Notes: generated by a model not told the origin, from the sequence alone. Shown: positions 38,230 to 48,710, counted from the stretch's first letter. The stretch: DNA of 64,000 nucleotides from Verrucomicrobiales bacterium (GCA_027483345.1 JAIXUV010000034.1:936-64935), one strand, 5' to 3'. Made by a program: numbers and translations.

Positions 38230-38856
38230 ATGAAACGACCTGTGAAGTTCCTCGCCGCCGCGATCACCGCGGCCCTCCTCTCCATGCCGGCCAATGCCCA
38301 GGGCAAGGTCGGAGTAATCGACCTGCAGAAGGTGTTCGACAACTTCTGGCGCACCAAGCAGGCGGACGTGCAGATCAAGGATCGCCTTTCCGAGTTCGAG
38401 AAGCTCGGAGCCACGATGTTTGAGGACTACAAGAAGGCCAATGAGGAGTTTGGAAAGCAGATGGAGGCCGCCAACGACCCTGCTCTTTCCAACGAGGAGA
38501 AGGACAAGCGCCGCAAGGACCTCGAGAAGAAGCGCAAGGACATCCTCGAGATGGAGAACAACCTGAAGCAGTTCCAACAGAACAGCCAGAAGTCGTTGAT
38601 GGAACAGAAGTTCCGCGTGCGTGAATCGATCCTTCGCGAAGTCCGCGGCGTGATCGAGGAGAAGGCCAAGGCGGGCGGCTTCAACATGGTCCTGGACACC
38701 GCGGCGCTCTCCGCCAACCAGACCCCGATCCTCCTTTACAGCACCCTCTCCGGTTCCGAGAACGACCTTTCCGAGTCGGTCTCCAAGCAGTTGGCCGCTT
38801 CCGCTCCTCCCGATGCGCCGAAGGCGGAGGCTCCCAAGACCGAGGAGAAGAAGTAG
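38230..38856 (+). CDS. skp: OmpH/Skp periplasmic chaperone
   Basis: Signal peptide, KVGVIDLQKVF, coiled coil, directly after bamA. Confidence 0.9.
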   Translation: MKRPVKFLAAAITAALLSMPANAQGKVGVIDLQKVFDNFWRTKQADVQIKDRLSEFEKLGATMFEDYKKANEEFGKQMEAANDPALSNEEKDKRRKDLEKKRKDILEMENNLKQFQQNSQKSLMEQKFRVRESILREVRGVIEEKAKAGGFNMVLDTAALSANQTPILLYSTLSGSENDLSESVSKQLAASAPPDAPKAEAPKTEEKK

Positions 38857-38875
38857 TCTCCCAGCCAGTTTGAAT

Positions 38876-38908
38876 GGGGCGCGGCATCGGCCGCGCCCCT
38901 TTTCGTTT
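38876..38908 (+). terminator. Rho-independent terminator
   Basis: ggggcgcggc-atcg-gccgcgcccc followed by ttttcgttt. Confidence 0.85.
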
Positions 38909-38932
38909 CCCGATCCTCCGTCACCTCCTCCC

Positions 38933-39631
38933 ATGACCACCGCCGTGATCGTCGCCGCCGGACGCGGAACCCGCATGGGCCCGGGAATCGACAAGCTCTT
39001 CCTCGAGATCGCCGGCCGCACCGTCGTCGGCCACACGTGGAAACGCTTCGACGGACATCCCGAGATCGACCACGTCGTCCTGGTCGTCCGGAAGGGCTCC
39101 GAGCCAGCATTCCATGAGATCGGTGCCACACTGGACCTCTCCAAACCGTGGTCCCTGGTGGCCGGCGGTGCTGAAAGGCAGGACTCCGTGTGGAACGGAG
39201 TCCAAGCGGTGCCTCCCGGTACGCGCTGGGTGGCCGTCCAGGACGGCGCCAGACCCTGCACCTCCGCCGCCACGATCTCCCGATGCCTCGCCGACGCCCG
39301 CCGCGCCGGAGCCTCCGTGGCCGCCCAGCGGATGGTCGACACCATCAAGGAGTCGACAGCCGAAGGCGGGATGATCGGACAGCACCTCGACCGTTCTCGG
39401 CTCTGGAGCGTCCAGACTCCCCAATGCTTCGCCCTGGACGTCCTGGCTCCAGCCTTGGAGAAGGTGCGGAAACAGGGGATCTTGGTGACCGACGACACGG
39501 CGGCGTGCGGTCTTGCCGGACACCCGGTGGTCCTCACCGAATGTCCGGACCCAAATCCCAAGGTCACAAGTCCGGCGGATCTTCCGCTGGTGGCCCATTG
39601 GCTGACTCCCCCTCCCGAACCGCTTCCTTGA
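38933..39631 (+). CDS. ispD: 2-C-methyl-D-erythritol 4-phosphate cytidylyltransferase
   Basis: AAGRGTRMG, GGAERQDSV, DGARP, QTPQCF, TDD, NPKVT. Confidence 0.95.
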   Translation: MTTAVIVAAGRGTRMGPGIDKLFLEIAGRTVVGHTWKRFDGHPEIDHVVLVVRKGSEPAFHEIGATLDLSKPWSLVAGGAERQDSVWNGVQAVPPGTRWVAVQDGARPCTSAATISRCLADARRAGASVAAQRMVDTIKESTAEGGMIGQHLDRSRLWSVQTPQCFALDVLAPALEKVRKQGILVTDDTAACGLAGHPVVLTECPDPNPKVTSPADLPLVAHWLTPPPEPLP

Positions 39632-39700
39632 CTCCGCGGGGCGCGACCGACAAGTTGTCCCGCTCGTTCGCGCCCCGCCTTCCCCGCGGTCAACGCACCT

Positions 39701-41605
39701 ATGTCCAAGACGAAAGAGAAGAAGCCCGTCGCCAAGGCCGCCCTGAAGAAGCCGACCCCTCCCGCAGCCACCGCACCGGCCTCGACGCATTCCGCGTCGA
39801 AGGGCGGACGCCCCGAGCGTCCCGCCAAAAAGCCGGCCGCGGCCGCCAACCCTGCGGAGATCGTCGTGCCCAAGGAGCCGGTCGAACTCACCGGGCCCAG
39901 CCCTGCCCAACTCGCACAGATCGCTTCCGGGGAGGGCGACGGCCTGCCCTCCGCCATCGGCACGATCAAGAACGCCTCCGGCGTTGATATCACCGAGAAG
40001 ATCAAGGAACTGGTCCGGCAATCCCAGGAGCAGGGCTACCTGACCCACAGCGACATCGGTGACGCGCTTGCCGACACCCCCATGTCCCCCGAGGAGATGG
40101 ACGAGGTGTACATCAAGCTGCGCAACCTCGAGATCGAGATCGTCGACCAGGCGGAGGTGGACCGGCCCAAGAACGCTGAGCAGGAGGAAGAGGAGGACAA
40201 GTCACGGCTCGACATCCTCGATGATCCGGTCCGGATGTACCTCAAGCAGATGGGCCAGGTCCCGCTGCTGACCCGCGAACAGGAGGTCGAGATTTCCAAG
40301 CGGATCGAGGACAACGAGAACGAGGTGAAGCGGATCATCTACTCGTTCGGATTCTCCGCGAAGGAACACATCGCACTGGCCGAGAAGCTGATCTCGGAAC
40401 CTCCGAAGGAGCGTTTCGACCGGGTGATCGTCGACAAGAAGATCGAGGTGCGTGAAGAACATCTCAAGGCGCTCCGCAAGCTGGTGAAGGATGTCCGTGC
40501 CATCGACCAGCAGGTGGACGAGTACTGGCGCGGGCTTCAGGAACCGGCCTCCAAGACCAAGCACGAGAAGATGGGCGTGGAGTTCAAGAAGCTGGACGAG
40601 AAACTCCAGCGCTCCTTTCCCAAGTTCTACTACAAGCAAAAGGTCATCGAGGAGATGTCCCTGGTCGCCGAGAACATCCACGAGAAGTTCCAGATCTCCC
40701 GGCGATCCATCCACGAACTCGAGCCCCAGAAGCGGGCCGCTCAGGCCCAGGCGATCATCCATGCCGAAGAGCGGAAGATCAAAGCGCTGGAGGAGTTCGT
40801 CCGCATGACCGTGGCGGGCTACATCGAGGCCTTCAGCCAGCTGAAGCATTTTGAACGCAAGGCGCTGCAGGCGAAGACCGAGATGGTCGAGGCCAACCTG
40901 CGCCTGGTGATCTCGATCGCCAAGAAGTACACGAACCGCGGCCTCTCCTTCCTCGACCTCATTCAGGAGGGCAACATGGGCCTGATGAAGGCGGTGGAGA
41001 AGTTCGAGTACCGCCGCGGCTACAAGTTCTCGACCTACGCGACGTGGTGGATCCGGCAGGCGATCACCCGCTCGATCGCCGATCAGGCGCGGACCATCCG
41101 CATCCCGGTCCACATGATCGAGACGATCAACAAGCTGATGCGGGTGCAGAAGCAGCTGATCCAGGACTTCGGCCGGGAACCGACCCCGGAGGAGATCGCG
41201 GACGAGATGCAGATGCCGGTCGACCGGGTGCGTGCCGTCCTCAAGATGGCCCAGCAGCCGATCTCCCTGCAGAGCCCGGTGGGTGACTCCGACGACACCA
41301 ACTTCGGCGACTTCATCGAGGACAAGTCCGCGGAGAACCCGTCGGACATGACCAGCTACAGCCTGCTGAAGGCCAAGCTGGCGGACGTTCTGGACTCGCT
41401 GACAGAACGCGAACGGAAGGTGCTGGAACTCCGGTTCGGCCTGCTCGACGGCTATAGCCGGACGCTTGAGGAGGTCGGCAAGCAGTTCAAGGTGACCCGT
41501 GAGCGCATCCGTCAGATCGAGGCCAAGGCCTTGAGGAAGATGCGTCATCCGACCCGTTTGAGGCAGCTCCACGGCTTCCTCGAAGGCGAGGAGGCCGTCG
41601 CCTGA
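39701..41605 (+). CDS. rpoD: RNA polymerase primary sigma factor
   Basis: [56 protein letters not shown]. Confidence 0.98.
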   Translation: MSKTKEKKPVAKAALKKPTPPAATAPASTHSASKGGRPERPAKKPAAAANPAEIVVPKEPVELTGPSPAQLAQIASGEGDGLPSAIGTIKNASGVDITEKIKELVRQSQEQGYLTHSDIGDALADTPMSPEEMDEVYIKLRNLEIEIVDQAEVDRPKNAEQEEEEDKSRLDILDDPVRMYLKQMGQVPLLTREQEVEISKRIEDNENEVKRIIYSFGFSAKEHIALAEKLISEPPKERFDRVIVDKKIEVREEHLKALRKLVKDVRAIDQQVDEYWRGLQEPASKTKHEKMGVEFKKLDEKLQRSFPKFYYKQKVIEEMSLVAENIHEKFQISRRSIHELEPQKRAAQAQAIIHAEERKIKALEEFVRMTVAGYIEAFSQLKHFERKALQAKTEMVEANLRLVISIAKKYTNRGLSFLDLIQEGNMGLMKAVEKFEYRRGYKFSTYATWWIRQAITRSIADQARTIRIPVHMIETINKLMRVQKQLIQDFGREPTPEEIADEMQMPVDRVRAVLKMAQQPISLQSPVGDSDDTNFGDFIEDKSAENPSDMTSYSLLKAKLADVLDSLTERERKVLELRFGLLDGYSRTLEEVGKQFKVTRERIRQIEAKALRKMRHPTRLRQLHGFLEGEEAVA

Positions 41606-41614
41606 GATCGCAAG

Positions 41615-41648
41615 AGAGCCCCGGTGGAAACCGGGGCTCTTTCGTTTC
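41615..41648 (+). terminator. Rho-independent terminator
   Basis: agagccccgg-tggaaa-ccggggctct followed by ttcgttt. Confidence 0.88.
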
Positions 41649-41774
41649 GAACGATCCCATCCGCGCCGTCGTAACACCGTCCGCCTTCCGAAACCAACCA
41701 CGGGTCCACCGGGTGGTGTCCTGCAAATGACTTCCCTACTTGAACATCCGCGGACGGTTCGCATCCATCCACGG

Positions 41775-43427
41775 ATGCCCCCTGCCGCTGCGACCGCCTT
41801 CCAGTCCCTCCGCTGGCTTTGGCTGGTGCTGTCGATGGCGATGGCGACGACTTCGGGACTGCGGGCCGCTGGCATCCGGCGGGAGGAACTCTTCGACGGC
41901 CCCATCCTGACCTGGGAGATCCAGCTGTCCCGCGGCGAGATGGCGAAGCTGCGCGGGGCCGCCGGGCCTTTCACGTCGGAAAGACCCGAAGCGCTCTGCA
42001 CGGTCCGGGCCGGTGGTCACGTCTGGACCAACGTCGCGATCCACCTCAAGGGCGCCGCAGGCAGTTTCCGGCACTTCGACCAGAATCCAGCCCTGACCTT
42101 GAACTTCGGCAAGGTCCAGGACGGCCAGACCTGCTTCGGCCACCGGAAGCTCCACCTCAACAACTCAGTCCAGGATGCCGGACGCATGGACGAGCTGCTC
42201 GCCTCCGAGATGTACCTGAACAGCGGTGTGCCAACCCCCCGCGCCACTCACGGATTCGTCCATGTCAACGGCCGGAGACTGGGCCTCTACGTGGTGAAGG
42301 GCGGCTGGGACAAACCGTTCCTGAAGCAGCATTTCGGCAGCTCAAAGGGCAACTTCTACGACGGCGAGTTCTCCCAGGACATCGACGGGAACCTGCGTCG
42401 CGCCTCTGGCGAAGGTGAACCGGACTGGGCCGACCTCGAGCAATTGAGGGACGCGCTCAGGGAGCCCGACAGGGCCCGACGCCTGGAGCGGCTCGTCGGC
42501 AGCGTCGACATCGACCGGTTCATCTCCTACACCGCAATCCAGGTGCTGATCGACGACTGGGACGGCTATGCCCGTCAGCGGAACAACTACCGGATCTACA
42601 ACGATCCGACCTCCGGCCGGTTGGTTTTCATGCCCCATGGCATGGACCAGCTCTGGCGGAATCCGAGGAGCGGCTTCTCGCCGCGCTTCAACGGCGTGGT
42701 GGCGTCGAGCCTGTTCGGATTGGAGAGCATGTCCGCACGCTTGGTGACCCGCATGCGGGAACTGACCAACACCGTCTACAACGCCGGGTTCGTGGACGAG
42801 GTGTTCGAGCGGGCCAAAACCCGTCTGATCCAGGCCTACGAGAAGGAACGTCGACACGAGGAACGGCAGCGCATCCTTTCCGCCATGGAGGAAACGCGGG
42901 GGCGGATACGCTCGCGGATGGCCACCTTCAACGGCGAGGCCTACAAGACACCCCATGCGATCGCGTTCGACGCGGATGGCCGGAGCCCGGTGCGCTCCTG
43001 GACCACCAGCCAGGAAGGTGACGACGTCGAGTTCACGGATCAGAAGGTCGACGGCAGACGGATCCTGAGCATCGAGGTCTCCGGCCCGGGTTCCTACGGA
43101 TCCTGGAGGGCCCGCTTGGCCCTGCCTCCAGGAAGATACCGTTTCGAGACCCGTGTCAAAACCACCGAGGTCCGCGGCACAGACCCAACCGGCCGGGGAC
43201 GAGGCGCGGGCATCCGGATCAGCGGCAACCGGCGTGGTGCGGGTCTGGAAGGTTCCAACGACTGGAGAACGCTTCGGTATGATTTCGCGGTTCCCGGCGA
43301 GGAAGGTGGCCGCAGGGGAATGGGTGGCGAGCAGGATGCGGTGCTGATCGCCGAACTGCGGGCAGACTCGGGCGTGGTGGAATTCGACGCCGACTCGATG
43401 GTCCTCAGCCGGATCAACGATCCCTGA
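41775..43427 (+). CDS. CotH kinase family protein with C-terminal beta-sandwich
   Basis: HLKGAAGSFR, KLHLNNSVQD, LGLY, DWDGY..NNYRIY, FMPHGMD; start estimated. Confidence 0.85.
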   Translation: MPPAAATAFQSLRWLWLVLSMAMATTSGLRAAGIRREELFDGPILTWEIQLSRGEMAKLRGAAGPFTSERPEALCTVRAGGHVWTNVAIHLKGAAGSFRHFDQNPALTLNFGKVQDGQTCFGHRKLHLNNSVQDAGRMDELLASEMYLNSGVPTPRATHGFVHVNGRRLGLYVVKGGWDKPFLKQHFGSSKGNFYDGEFSQDIDGNLRRASGEGEPDWADLEQLRDALREPDRARRLERLVGSVDIDRFISYTAIQVLIDDWDGYARQRNNYRIYNDPTSGRLVFMPHGMDQLWRNPRSGFSPRFNGVVASSLFGLESMSARLVTRMRELTNTVYNAGFVDEVFERAKTRLIQAYEKERRHEERQRILSAMEETRGRIRSRMATFNGEAYKTPHAIAFDADGRSPVRSWTTSQEGDDVEFTDQKVDGRRILSIEVSGPGSYGSWRARLALPPGRYRFETRVKTTEVRGTDPTGRGRGAGIRISGNRRGAGLEGSNDWRTLRYDFAVPGEEGGRRGMGGEQDAVLIAELRADSGVVEFDADSMVLSRINDP

Positions 43428-43571
43428 TCCGGAGCGATTTCCAGGAGGCGCGCTGAGGTTTCCCGAAGAAGTGCAAGACCGCCAAGGGCGAACAGGATCA
43501 GGAGCCTCAATGCCAACAACGGCCGAAGTCCGTCATTCCCAGGACAGGACCGTCGCCTCCCTTCCCCTCGC

Positions 43572-43598
43572 TTCGAGGCTTGGCGCCTTGGCCTGAGG
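43572..43598. repeat. Dispersed ~27-nt intergenic repeat, copy 3 (degenerate)
   Basis: ttcgaggcttggcgccttggcctgagg. Confidence 0.35.
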
Positions 43599-43672
43599 GT
43601 CCCTTCCTCATGGATTCGGCGGGGCGCCGGTTCTTGTTTGGGTTTTCCGACAAGAAGCCGTAGACCTCCCGC

Positions 43673-44716
43673 ATGTCCCATCCATGTTCGCGATTCCTGG
43701 CTTGGCTGGGATTGATCCCGGCCATCGTGTCCGCCGACGCCATCGTCGGGAACTCGTTCGTCGCGGATGCCCCACCGACCCGATCCTCCCACGCATCGAC
43801 CATCGTGGAGACGCCGACGGGCATTGCGGCGGCCTGGTTCGGCGGAACGGCGGAGCGGGCGAAGGACGTGGTCATCTGGTACGCGACCTTGGAGGGCGGA
43901 CGTTGGGGGACTCCGGTCGAGGTGGCCCGAGGAAACGAAGATCAGGGCGCCCCGCAGTATGCCTGCTGGAACCCGGTCCTCGTCCAGGAACCGGCCGGTC
44001 CCCTCCACCTCTTCTACAAGGTCGGACCAAGCCCCGACACCTGGTGGGGACGTCACCAGTCGTCCAAGGACGGCGGCAAGACCTGGAGCAAAAGCACCCG
44101 GCTTCCCGATGGTCTGGTCGGCCCGGTTCGCAACAAGCCCATCCGACTTGCCGACGGCATCTGGCTCTTCGGTTCGAGCTCGGAGGACGCCGGTTGGCGG
44201 ATCCACATGGAATGGAGCCGTCCGCCCTTCAAGGAATGGTCGCGGACCCCGGCCCTCAATGGCACCAACGACTGGGGCGCCATCCAACCGACCCTGCTTG
44301 CCTGGGCGCCGGACCGGATCCAGGCCCTGCTGCGCACCCGCCAGAAGGTCGTGGCCGAGACGTGGAGCCGGGACGGTGGCCGAACCTGGACTCCGGTCGC
44401 GAAAACCTCCTTACCCAACCCGAACAGCGGCATCGACGCGGTGATGCTCCAAGACGGACGCGCCTTGCTGGTCTACAATCCGGACGCCGGCAGCCGGGCC
44501 ACCATCGGCATCGCCGTTTCCCGCGACGGCAAGGACTGGAGACACGTCCAGGACCTCGAGTCCACCACAGCAGCAGGCAACGGCGCCTTGGACCGGAATC
44601 CGGGCGAACTCAGCTACCCCGCGGTGATCCAGTCGAAGGATGGCCGGATCCACATCACCTACACCTGGAAGCGGGAAAAGATCCGCCACGTGGTCGTCGA
44701 TACGTCGAGGCTTTGA
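43673..44716 (+). CDS. Sialidase-like / BNR (Asp-box) repeat protein
   Basis: HASTIVE, WFGGT.E, SKDGGKTW, SRDGGRTW, LPNPNSG, SYPAVIQ. Confidence 0.88.
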   Translation: MSHPCSRFLAWLGLIPAIVSADAIVGNSFVADAPPTRSSHASTIVETPTGIAAAWFGGTAERAKDVVIWYATLEGGRWGTPVEVARGNEDQGAPQYACWNPVLVQEPAGPLHLFYKVGPSPDTWWGRHQSSKDGGKTWSKSTRLPDGLVGPVRNKPIRLADGIWLFGSSSEDAGWRIHMEWSRPPFKEWSRTPALNGTNDWGAIQPTLLAWAPDRIQALLRTRQKVVAETWSRDGGRTWTPVAKTSLPNPNSGIDAVMLQDGRALLVYNPDAGSRATIGIAVSRDGKDWRHVQDLESTTAAGNGALDRNPGELSYPAVIQSKDGRIHITYTWKREKIRHVVVDTSRL

Positions 44717-44720
44717 GCGC

Positions 44721-46394
44721 ATGGAACGCCTTCCGGTCGCCAACCGCGAACTCCGGATAGCGTCCCGGAGGGGCCAGACGTTCTGGGGCCGATGTGCCGC
44801 CGCCGGCCTGTCCCTTGCCGTCGCGGCGTTCATCGTGAAGGTCGTCGGCCTCGTGGCTCCCCGTGAGCTCGGACTGGCGCTCTTCGTGGGACTTTTCTGG
44901 ACCGCATTCATTGTCGCACTGGGTGTCGGAACGTTGCTGGTCTCGGACTCCATCAGCGGCGAGGTCCGTGAAGGGACCCTGGGACTGCTCTTCCTCACCG
45001 ATCTCCGCCCGTCCGACGTCCTCGCAGGGAAGCTGGCCGCAGGTTCCCTGTCCTCCGTGTACAGCCTCCTCGCCATCCTTCCGGTCCTTGGCCTGCCGAT
45101 GCTGTGCGGCGGTGTCGGCGGAATGGATTACCTGCGTGCTTCACTGGCCCTCCTGCTCACCTTGACCTGGTCCCTATCGCTGTCGCTTTTCCTTTCCACG
45201 TTCCGGGGCGGGTTTCAACAGGTGCAGACCCGGTCCGTGGCCTTCACTCTCCTCATCGCCGGTGGCCTCCCAGGCATCGGAGGCATCCTTCAGGCGGTGC
45301 TTTTGGACAAGGGATTCGACGGTCCGTCCGTCCGTCTGCTGGTTGCACCGCTCTTCCTGCTGAGTCCCGGAACCACCCTGGCCTTCTCCATGCCCCAGGT
45401 CTTCCAAGGTTGGTACATGGGGTATCTCCTCGGAGTGGTCACCCTCGCCGCAACCTCCGCTGGACTCCTTTTCGCGACGCAACGCCGGCTTCGACACGCC
45501 TGGAAGGACCGGCCGGAAGCCGCGGGAAGACCCGCTCTTATCCAACGTCTCAGGACCTTCGTCCGCTCCCGGACGCTGACCTCCGGCGACGCGCGCAGGG
45601 AGATCCTCGACACGATCCCCTTTACGTGGCCGAACCTGCGCTCGCGCTGGAAAGGCTGGAATCCTTGGATCGGCGGCGGCGTGATCCTCGCGGGTTGGGC
45701 GGGGATCGGACTCGCCTTCGGATCCGATTTCTTCGAGTTCCCGGCATGGGTGGCGATGTCGATCCTGCTCCACCTGCACCTGAAGGCGTGCCTTTCCAAC
45801 GACGCCCAGCGGTCGTTCTTCGATGCCCGACGCTCCGGCGCGATGGAACTCCTGCTGACGCTGCCCATCGATGACCGTCGCCACGTGCAGGAGCACCTGC
45901 TCGCGCTGCGCCGGAATTACCTGAAGCCGATCCTGTCCGTCCTCGTCCTCGACGCGGGAATCACGGTCTGGGTCCTCTCCGGCGACGCCCTCCGGAATGA
46001 GGATTCGATCGAATGGATGCTCAGCATGGCGAGCCGGGGCGGGTTCCTGGTCCTGGACTCGCTCGCGCTCGCCCACTTCGGGCTTTGGATCGGCGCGTCG
46101 ACCCGGCGAACGCAACTCCGTCAGGAACCGTTCCTCATCGTCATCATGGGCCCGTGGCTGGTCCTGCTCCTTATGCTCACCCTTGGAGGACTTCGGGGAG
46201 GCCTCGATTTCAAAGGCTTCCTGGTGATGACCCTGGTGGTTGGCGCCACATTTTCCCTTCTTGCCCTGACCTATGCCAAGTCACGCTTGGGGACAGATTT
46301 CCGCGCGGCGGCCTCGATGGCGCCCGGCATGAGGGATACGGCGTTGACCGACACGGCGACCGTCGCAGATCAGTCCACCGGGCGGACGATGTAG
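44721..46394 (+). CDS. ABC-2-type permease-like membrane protein
   Basis: SDSISGEVREGTLGLLFLTDL and a second RRSGAMELLLTLP motif; paralog of 12015-13532. Confidence 0.8.
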   Translation: MERLPVANRELRIASRRGQTFWGRCAAAGLSLAVAAFIVKVVGLVAPRELGLALFVGLFWTAFIVALGVGTLLVSDSISGEVREGTLGLLFLTDLRPSDVLAGKLAAGSLSSVYSLLAILPVLGLPMLCGGVGGMDYLRASLALLLTLTWSLSLSLFLSTFRGGFQQVQTRSVAFTLLIAGGLPGIGGILQAVLLDKGFDGPSVRLLVAPLFLLSPGTTLAFSMPQVFQGWYMGYLLGVVTLAATSAGLLFATQRRLRHAWKDRPEAAGRPALIQRLRTFVRSRTLTSGDARREILDTIPFTWPNLRSRWKGWNPWIGGGVILAGWAGIGLAFGSDFFEFPAWVAMSILLHLHLKACLSNDAQRSFFDARRSGAMELLLTLPIDDRRHVQEHLLALRRNYLKPILSVLVLDAGITVWVLSGDALRNEDSIEWMLSMASRGGFLVLDSLALAHFGLWIGASTRRTQLRQEPFLIVIMGPWLVLLLMLTLGGLRGGLDFKGFLVMTLVVGATFSLLALTYAKSRLGTDFRAAASMAPGMRDTALTDTATVADQSTGRTM

Positions 46395-47227
46395 CCGCCG
46401 GACTTGGCATCGGCCTCGAGGTCGATCAGGCCCCGCTTCTCCGCCTCCTTCAACAGGTCGTTGAAGGAACGGAATCCGTGCGGACGTTCGCTGAACCCGG
46501 GCTTCCGACGCTGGATCGCCTGCTTGACCATCGAGCCCCAGATCAACTCGTCCTCGTCGCGTTCATCCGCCATGTCCTCGATGGTCTCGACCACCAGGTC
46601 GAGGGTCTTGTCCAACGACAGGGCCTTGGCATCGCCCGCGGCGGCAGCCGAGGAACCGGCACCGCTTGCGGGGGCCTTCGAAGCCGAGGACGAGGAGGAA
46701 GGTGAAGCCGTCGCCGTGGTCTTCGCGCGCGCCCGAACCCGGGTCGGTGCCGTACGCACGAGGTCGTCGTAGTAGATGAAGGTGTCGCAGTTGTTGATGA
46801 AGAGGTCCGAGGTGGAGTTCTTGACCCCGACACCGATGACCGTCTTGTCGTTCTCGCGAAGCTTGCTGACCAGCGGGGAGAAATCCGAGTCGCCGCTCAG
46901 GATGACGAAGGTGTCCACATGCCCCTTGGTGTAGCAGAGGTCGAGGGCGTCCACGACCATGCGGATGTCGGCCGAGTTCTTGCCGGACTGGCGGACGTGC
47001 GGGATCTCGATGAGCTCGAACGCCGCCTCATGGAGGTCCCGCTTGAACTCCTTGTAGCGGTCGAAGTCGCAGTAGGCCTTCTTCACCACGATGTGGCCCT
47101 TGAGCAGTAGGCGCTCCAGGACCTTCTGGATGTCGAATCGCGGGAAGTGCGCGTCACGCGCACCGAGCGCGATGTTCTCGAGGTCGAGGAAGACCGCCAT
47201 CGTGGATTCGGCGTCACGTGTGCTCAT
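46370..47227 (-). CDS. NYN (LabA/DUF88) domain protein with C-terminal OST-HTH/LOTUS
   Basis: AVFLDLEN, GKNSADIRMVVDA, SGDSDFSPLV, C-terminal GFRSFNDLL. Confidence 0.9.
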   Translation of the reverse strand: MSTRDAESTMAVFLDLENIALGARDAHFPRFDIQKVLERLLLKGHIVVKKAYCDFDRYKEFKRDLHEAAFELIEIPHVRQSGKNSADIRMVVDALDLCYTKGHVDTFVILSGDSDFSPLVSKLRENDKTVIGVGVKNSTSDLFINNCDTFIYYDDLVRTAPTRVRARAKTTATASPSSSSSASKAPASGAGSSAAAAGDAKALSLDKTLDLVVETIEDMADERDEDELIWGSMVKQAIQRRKPGFSERPHGFRSFNDLLKEAEKRGLIDLEADAKSGGYIVRPVD

Positions 47228-47335
47228 TGGAGGAAGGATGTCGATACGGCACCGGCAGGACGAGAAAGATTCCGTGGACGGATTTGAGGTTCCCAGTGGG
47301 TGCCAATCCCCGTTCAATCCGCGCCCGTCATCACC

Positions 47336-47815
47336 GTGAACAAGAAGGCCCTGCTCCAAGCGATCGTCGAGAAGCTCTCCGCCGACCTCGCCCTGTATTT
47401 CAAGGCGGCCACGGTCGCCCGCTTCGAAGCCACCCACGAACAGAGCAAAGCGGAGAACAAGTACGACACCCGGGGTCTCGAGGCCTCCTACCTCGCACGC
47501 GGCCAATCCCGTCAGGCCGCGGAGATCGAGTTCTCGATCCACACCATCGGGGCCATGGAACCCCGCGACTTCTCCAGTGGACTGCCCATCGATGTCGGAG
47601 CCTTCGTCGAGGTGTCCCATCGCAAGGAGACCTCCTGCTACTTCATCTGCTCCAGGGCGGGCGGCACCGAGGTGGTCTTCGAAGGCGCCGAGGTCATGGT
47701 GATCACGCCCCAGTCCCCGTTGGGTAGCCAACTGGTCGGACGGAAAGAGGGGGATTCCGTGAAGATCGAGATCGGCGGGCGGGCCACCATCCAGAAACTC
47801 GTCCGGGTTCTCTAG
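47336..47815 (+). CDS. GreA/GreB-family protein
   Basis: ATHEQSKAENKYDTRGLEASYLA..ITPQSPLGSQLVG; GTG start estimated. Confidence 0.85.
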   Translation: MNKKALLQAIVEKLSADLALYFKAATVARFEATHEQSKAENKYDTRGLEASYLARGQSRQAAEIEFSIHTIGAMEPRDFSSGLPIDVGAFVEVSHRKETSCYFICSRAGGTEVVFEGAEVMVITPQSPLGSQLVGRKEGDSVKIEIGGRATIQKLVRVL

Positions 47816-47966
47816 CCATCGCCGTCGATCGGCGGAGCGATGTTTGGCCCTGTTTCGCTCACAGGAAGCCAGACCGCCCTTTTCCACAGGCGCGGCCCGC
47901 TTCCGACTGCTATGCATGCATCCGGGCGGGAATCCCTCCCCTGCCCATCCTCCATCCCGACTGAAA

Positions 47967-48365
47967 ATGAAGTTCCTCACCTTCCTGGCCCGAATCGGAC
48001 TCGGCGGCGCCCTCCTCGTCTTCGGCGTCAACGGATTCCACAATTTTCTCCACCTCCCCACACCGGGCGGCAAGGGCGGCGAATTCCTGCGCCTTCTCGA
48101 ATCCACACACGTGCTCTGGGTGGTGCATGGACTGGAAGTGGCCGCCGGTCTCCTGCTGCTCCTGCGGCGGGTTCCGCTGGCCCTGACGCTCTGCGGTCCG
48201 GTGGTGGTCAACATCGTCCTTTTCCACACGCTGGTGCAGCGGGCGAACTGGATCCCCGCCGCCGTGGTCGCCGGGCTCACCGGATTCCTGCTCTGGCGCC
48301 ATGCGGAATCCTTCCCGGCGCTGTTTCCCAAGCCGGAACCTGCGAAGAAGCCTGCGAAGAAGTAG
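47967..48365 (+). CDS. DoxX-family membrane protein
   Basis: ARIGLG..FGVNGF..LEV..G.LLL..P..VNIVLFH. Confidence 0.75.
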   Translation: MKFLTFLARIGLGGALLVFGVNGFHNFLHLPTPGGKGGEFLRLLESTHVLWVVHGLEVAAGLLLLLRRVPLALTLCGPVVVNIVLFHTLVQRANWIPAAVVAGLTGFLLWRHAESFPALFPKPEPAKKPAKK

Positions 48366-48488
48366 CGGTTCCGAGCCAAAATCCGGGCAGACACGAACAA
48401 CCCTCGGCAAGTCGGGCCGAGGCCTAGGCTCTATGAGATGGTCATCCCCATCGGGACGGCATGGTGCCGCAACGCCGGGGTCCGACTC

Positions 48489-48638
48489 ATGACCAGCTCC
48501 ATTCTTATCTTCGCCGCCGCCGTCGTCATCGTTTCCTTCTGGGTTCTCGGCATCCATTCCTGGATCAGCAACGAATGCGCCGAGACCGAGCACCTGGACG
48601 CCCTCACCAAGGCGGCCCGGTCGGGAAGCGCCCGCTGA
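48489..48638 (+). CDS. Small single-TM hypothetical protein
   Basis: MTSSILIFAAAVVIVSFWVLGIHSW..; fills the intergenic gap, GC-rich third positions. Confidence 0.45.
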   Translation: MTSSILIFAAAVVIVSFWVLGIHSWISNECAETEHLDALTKAARSGSAR

Positions 48639-48710
48639 AGGACATCGGCGGCCACCGCGCCCGATCCAGGTTGCTTGCGCTTCCTCAGGGTATTCCGGAA
48701 GACTCCCTGC

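Noticed and set aside
39701-39960. Lys/Ala/Pro-rich N-terminus of RpoD
   Set aside because: Common low-complexity extension of primary sigma factors
35662-40005. 1447-aa minus-strand ORF
   Set aside because: Antisense shadow of bamA-skp-ispD; no domain signal
47228-48400. N-terminal extension of the 676-aa NYN ORF
   Set aside because: Overlaps the Gre-like and DoxX genes on the opposite strand; the NYN protein starts at 47227
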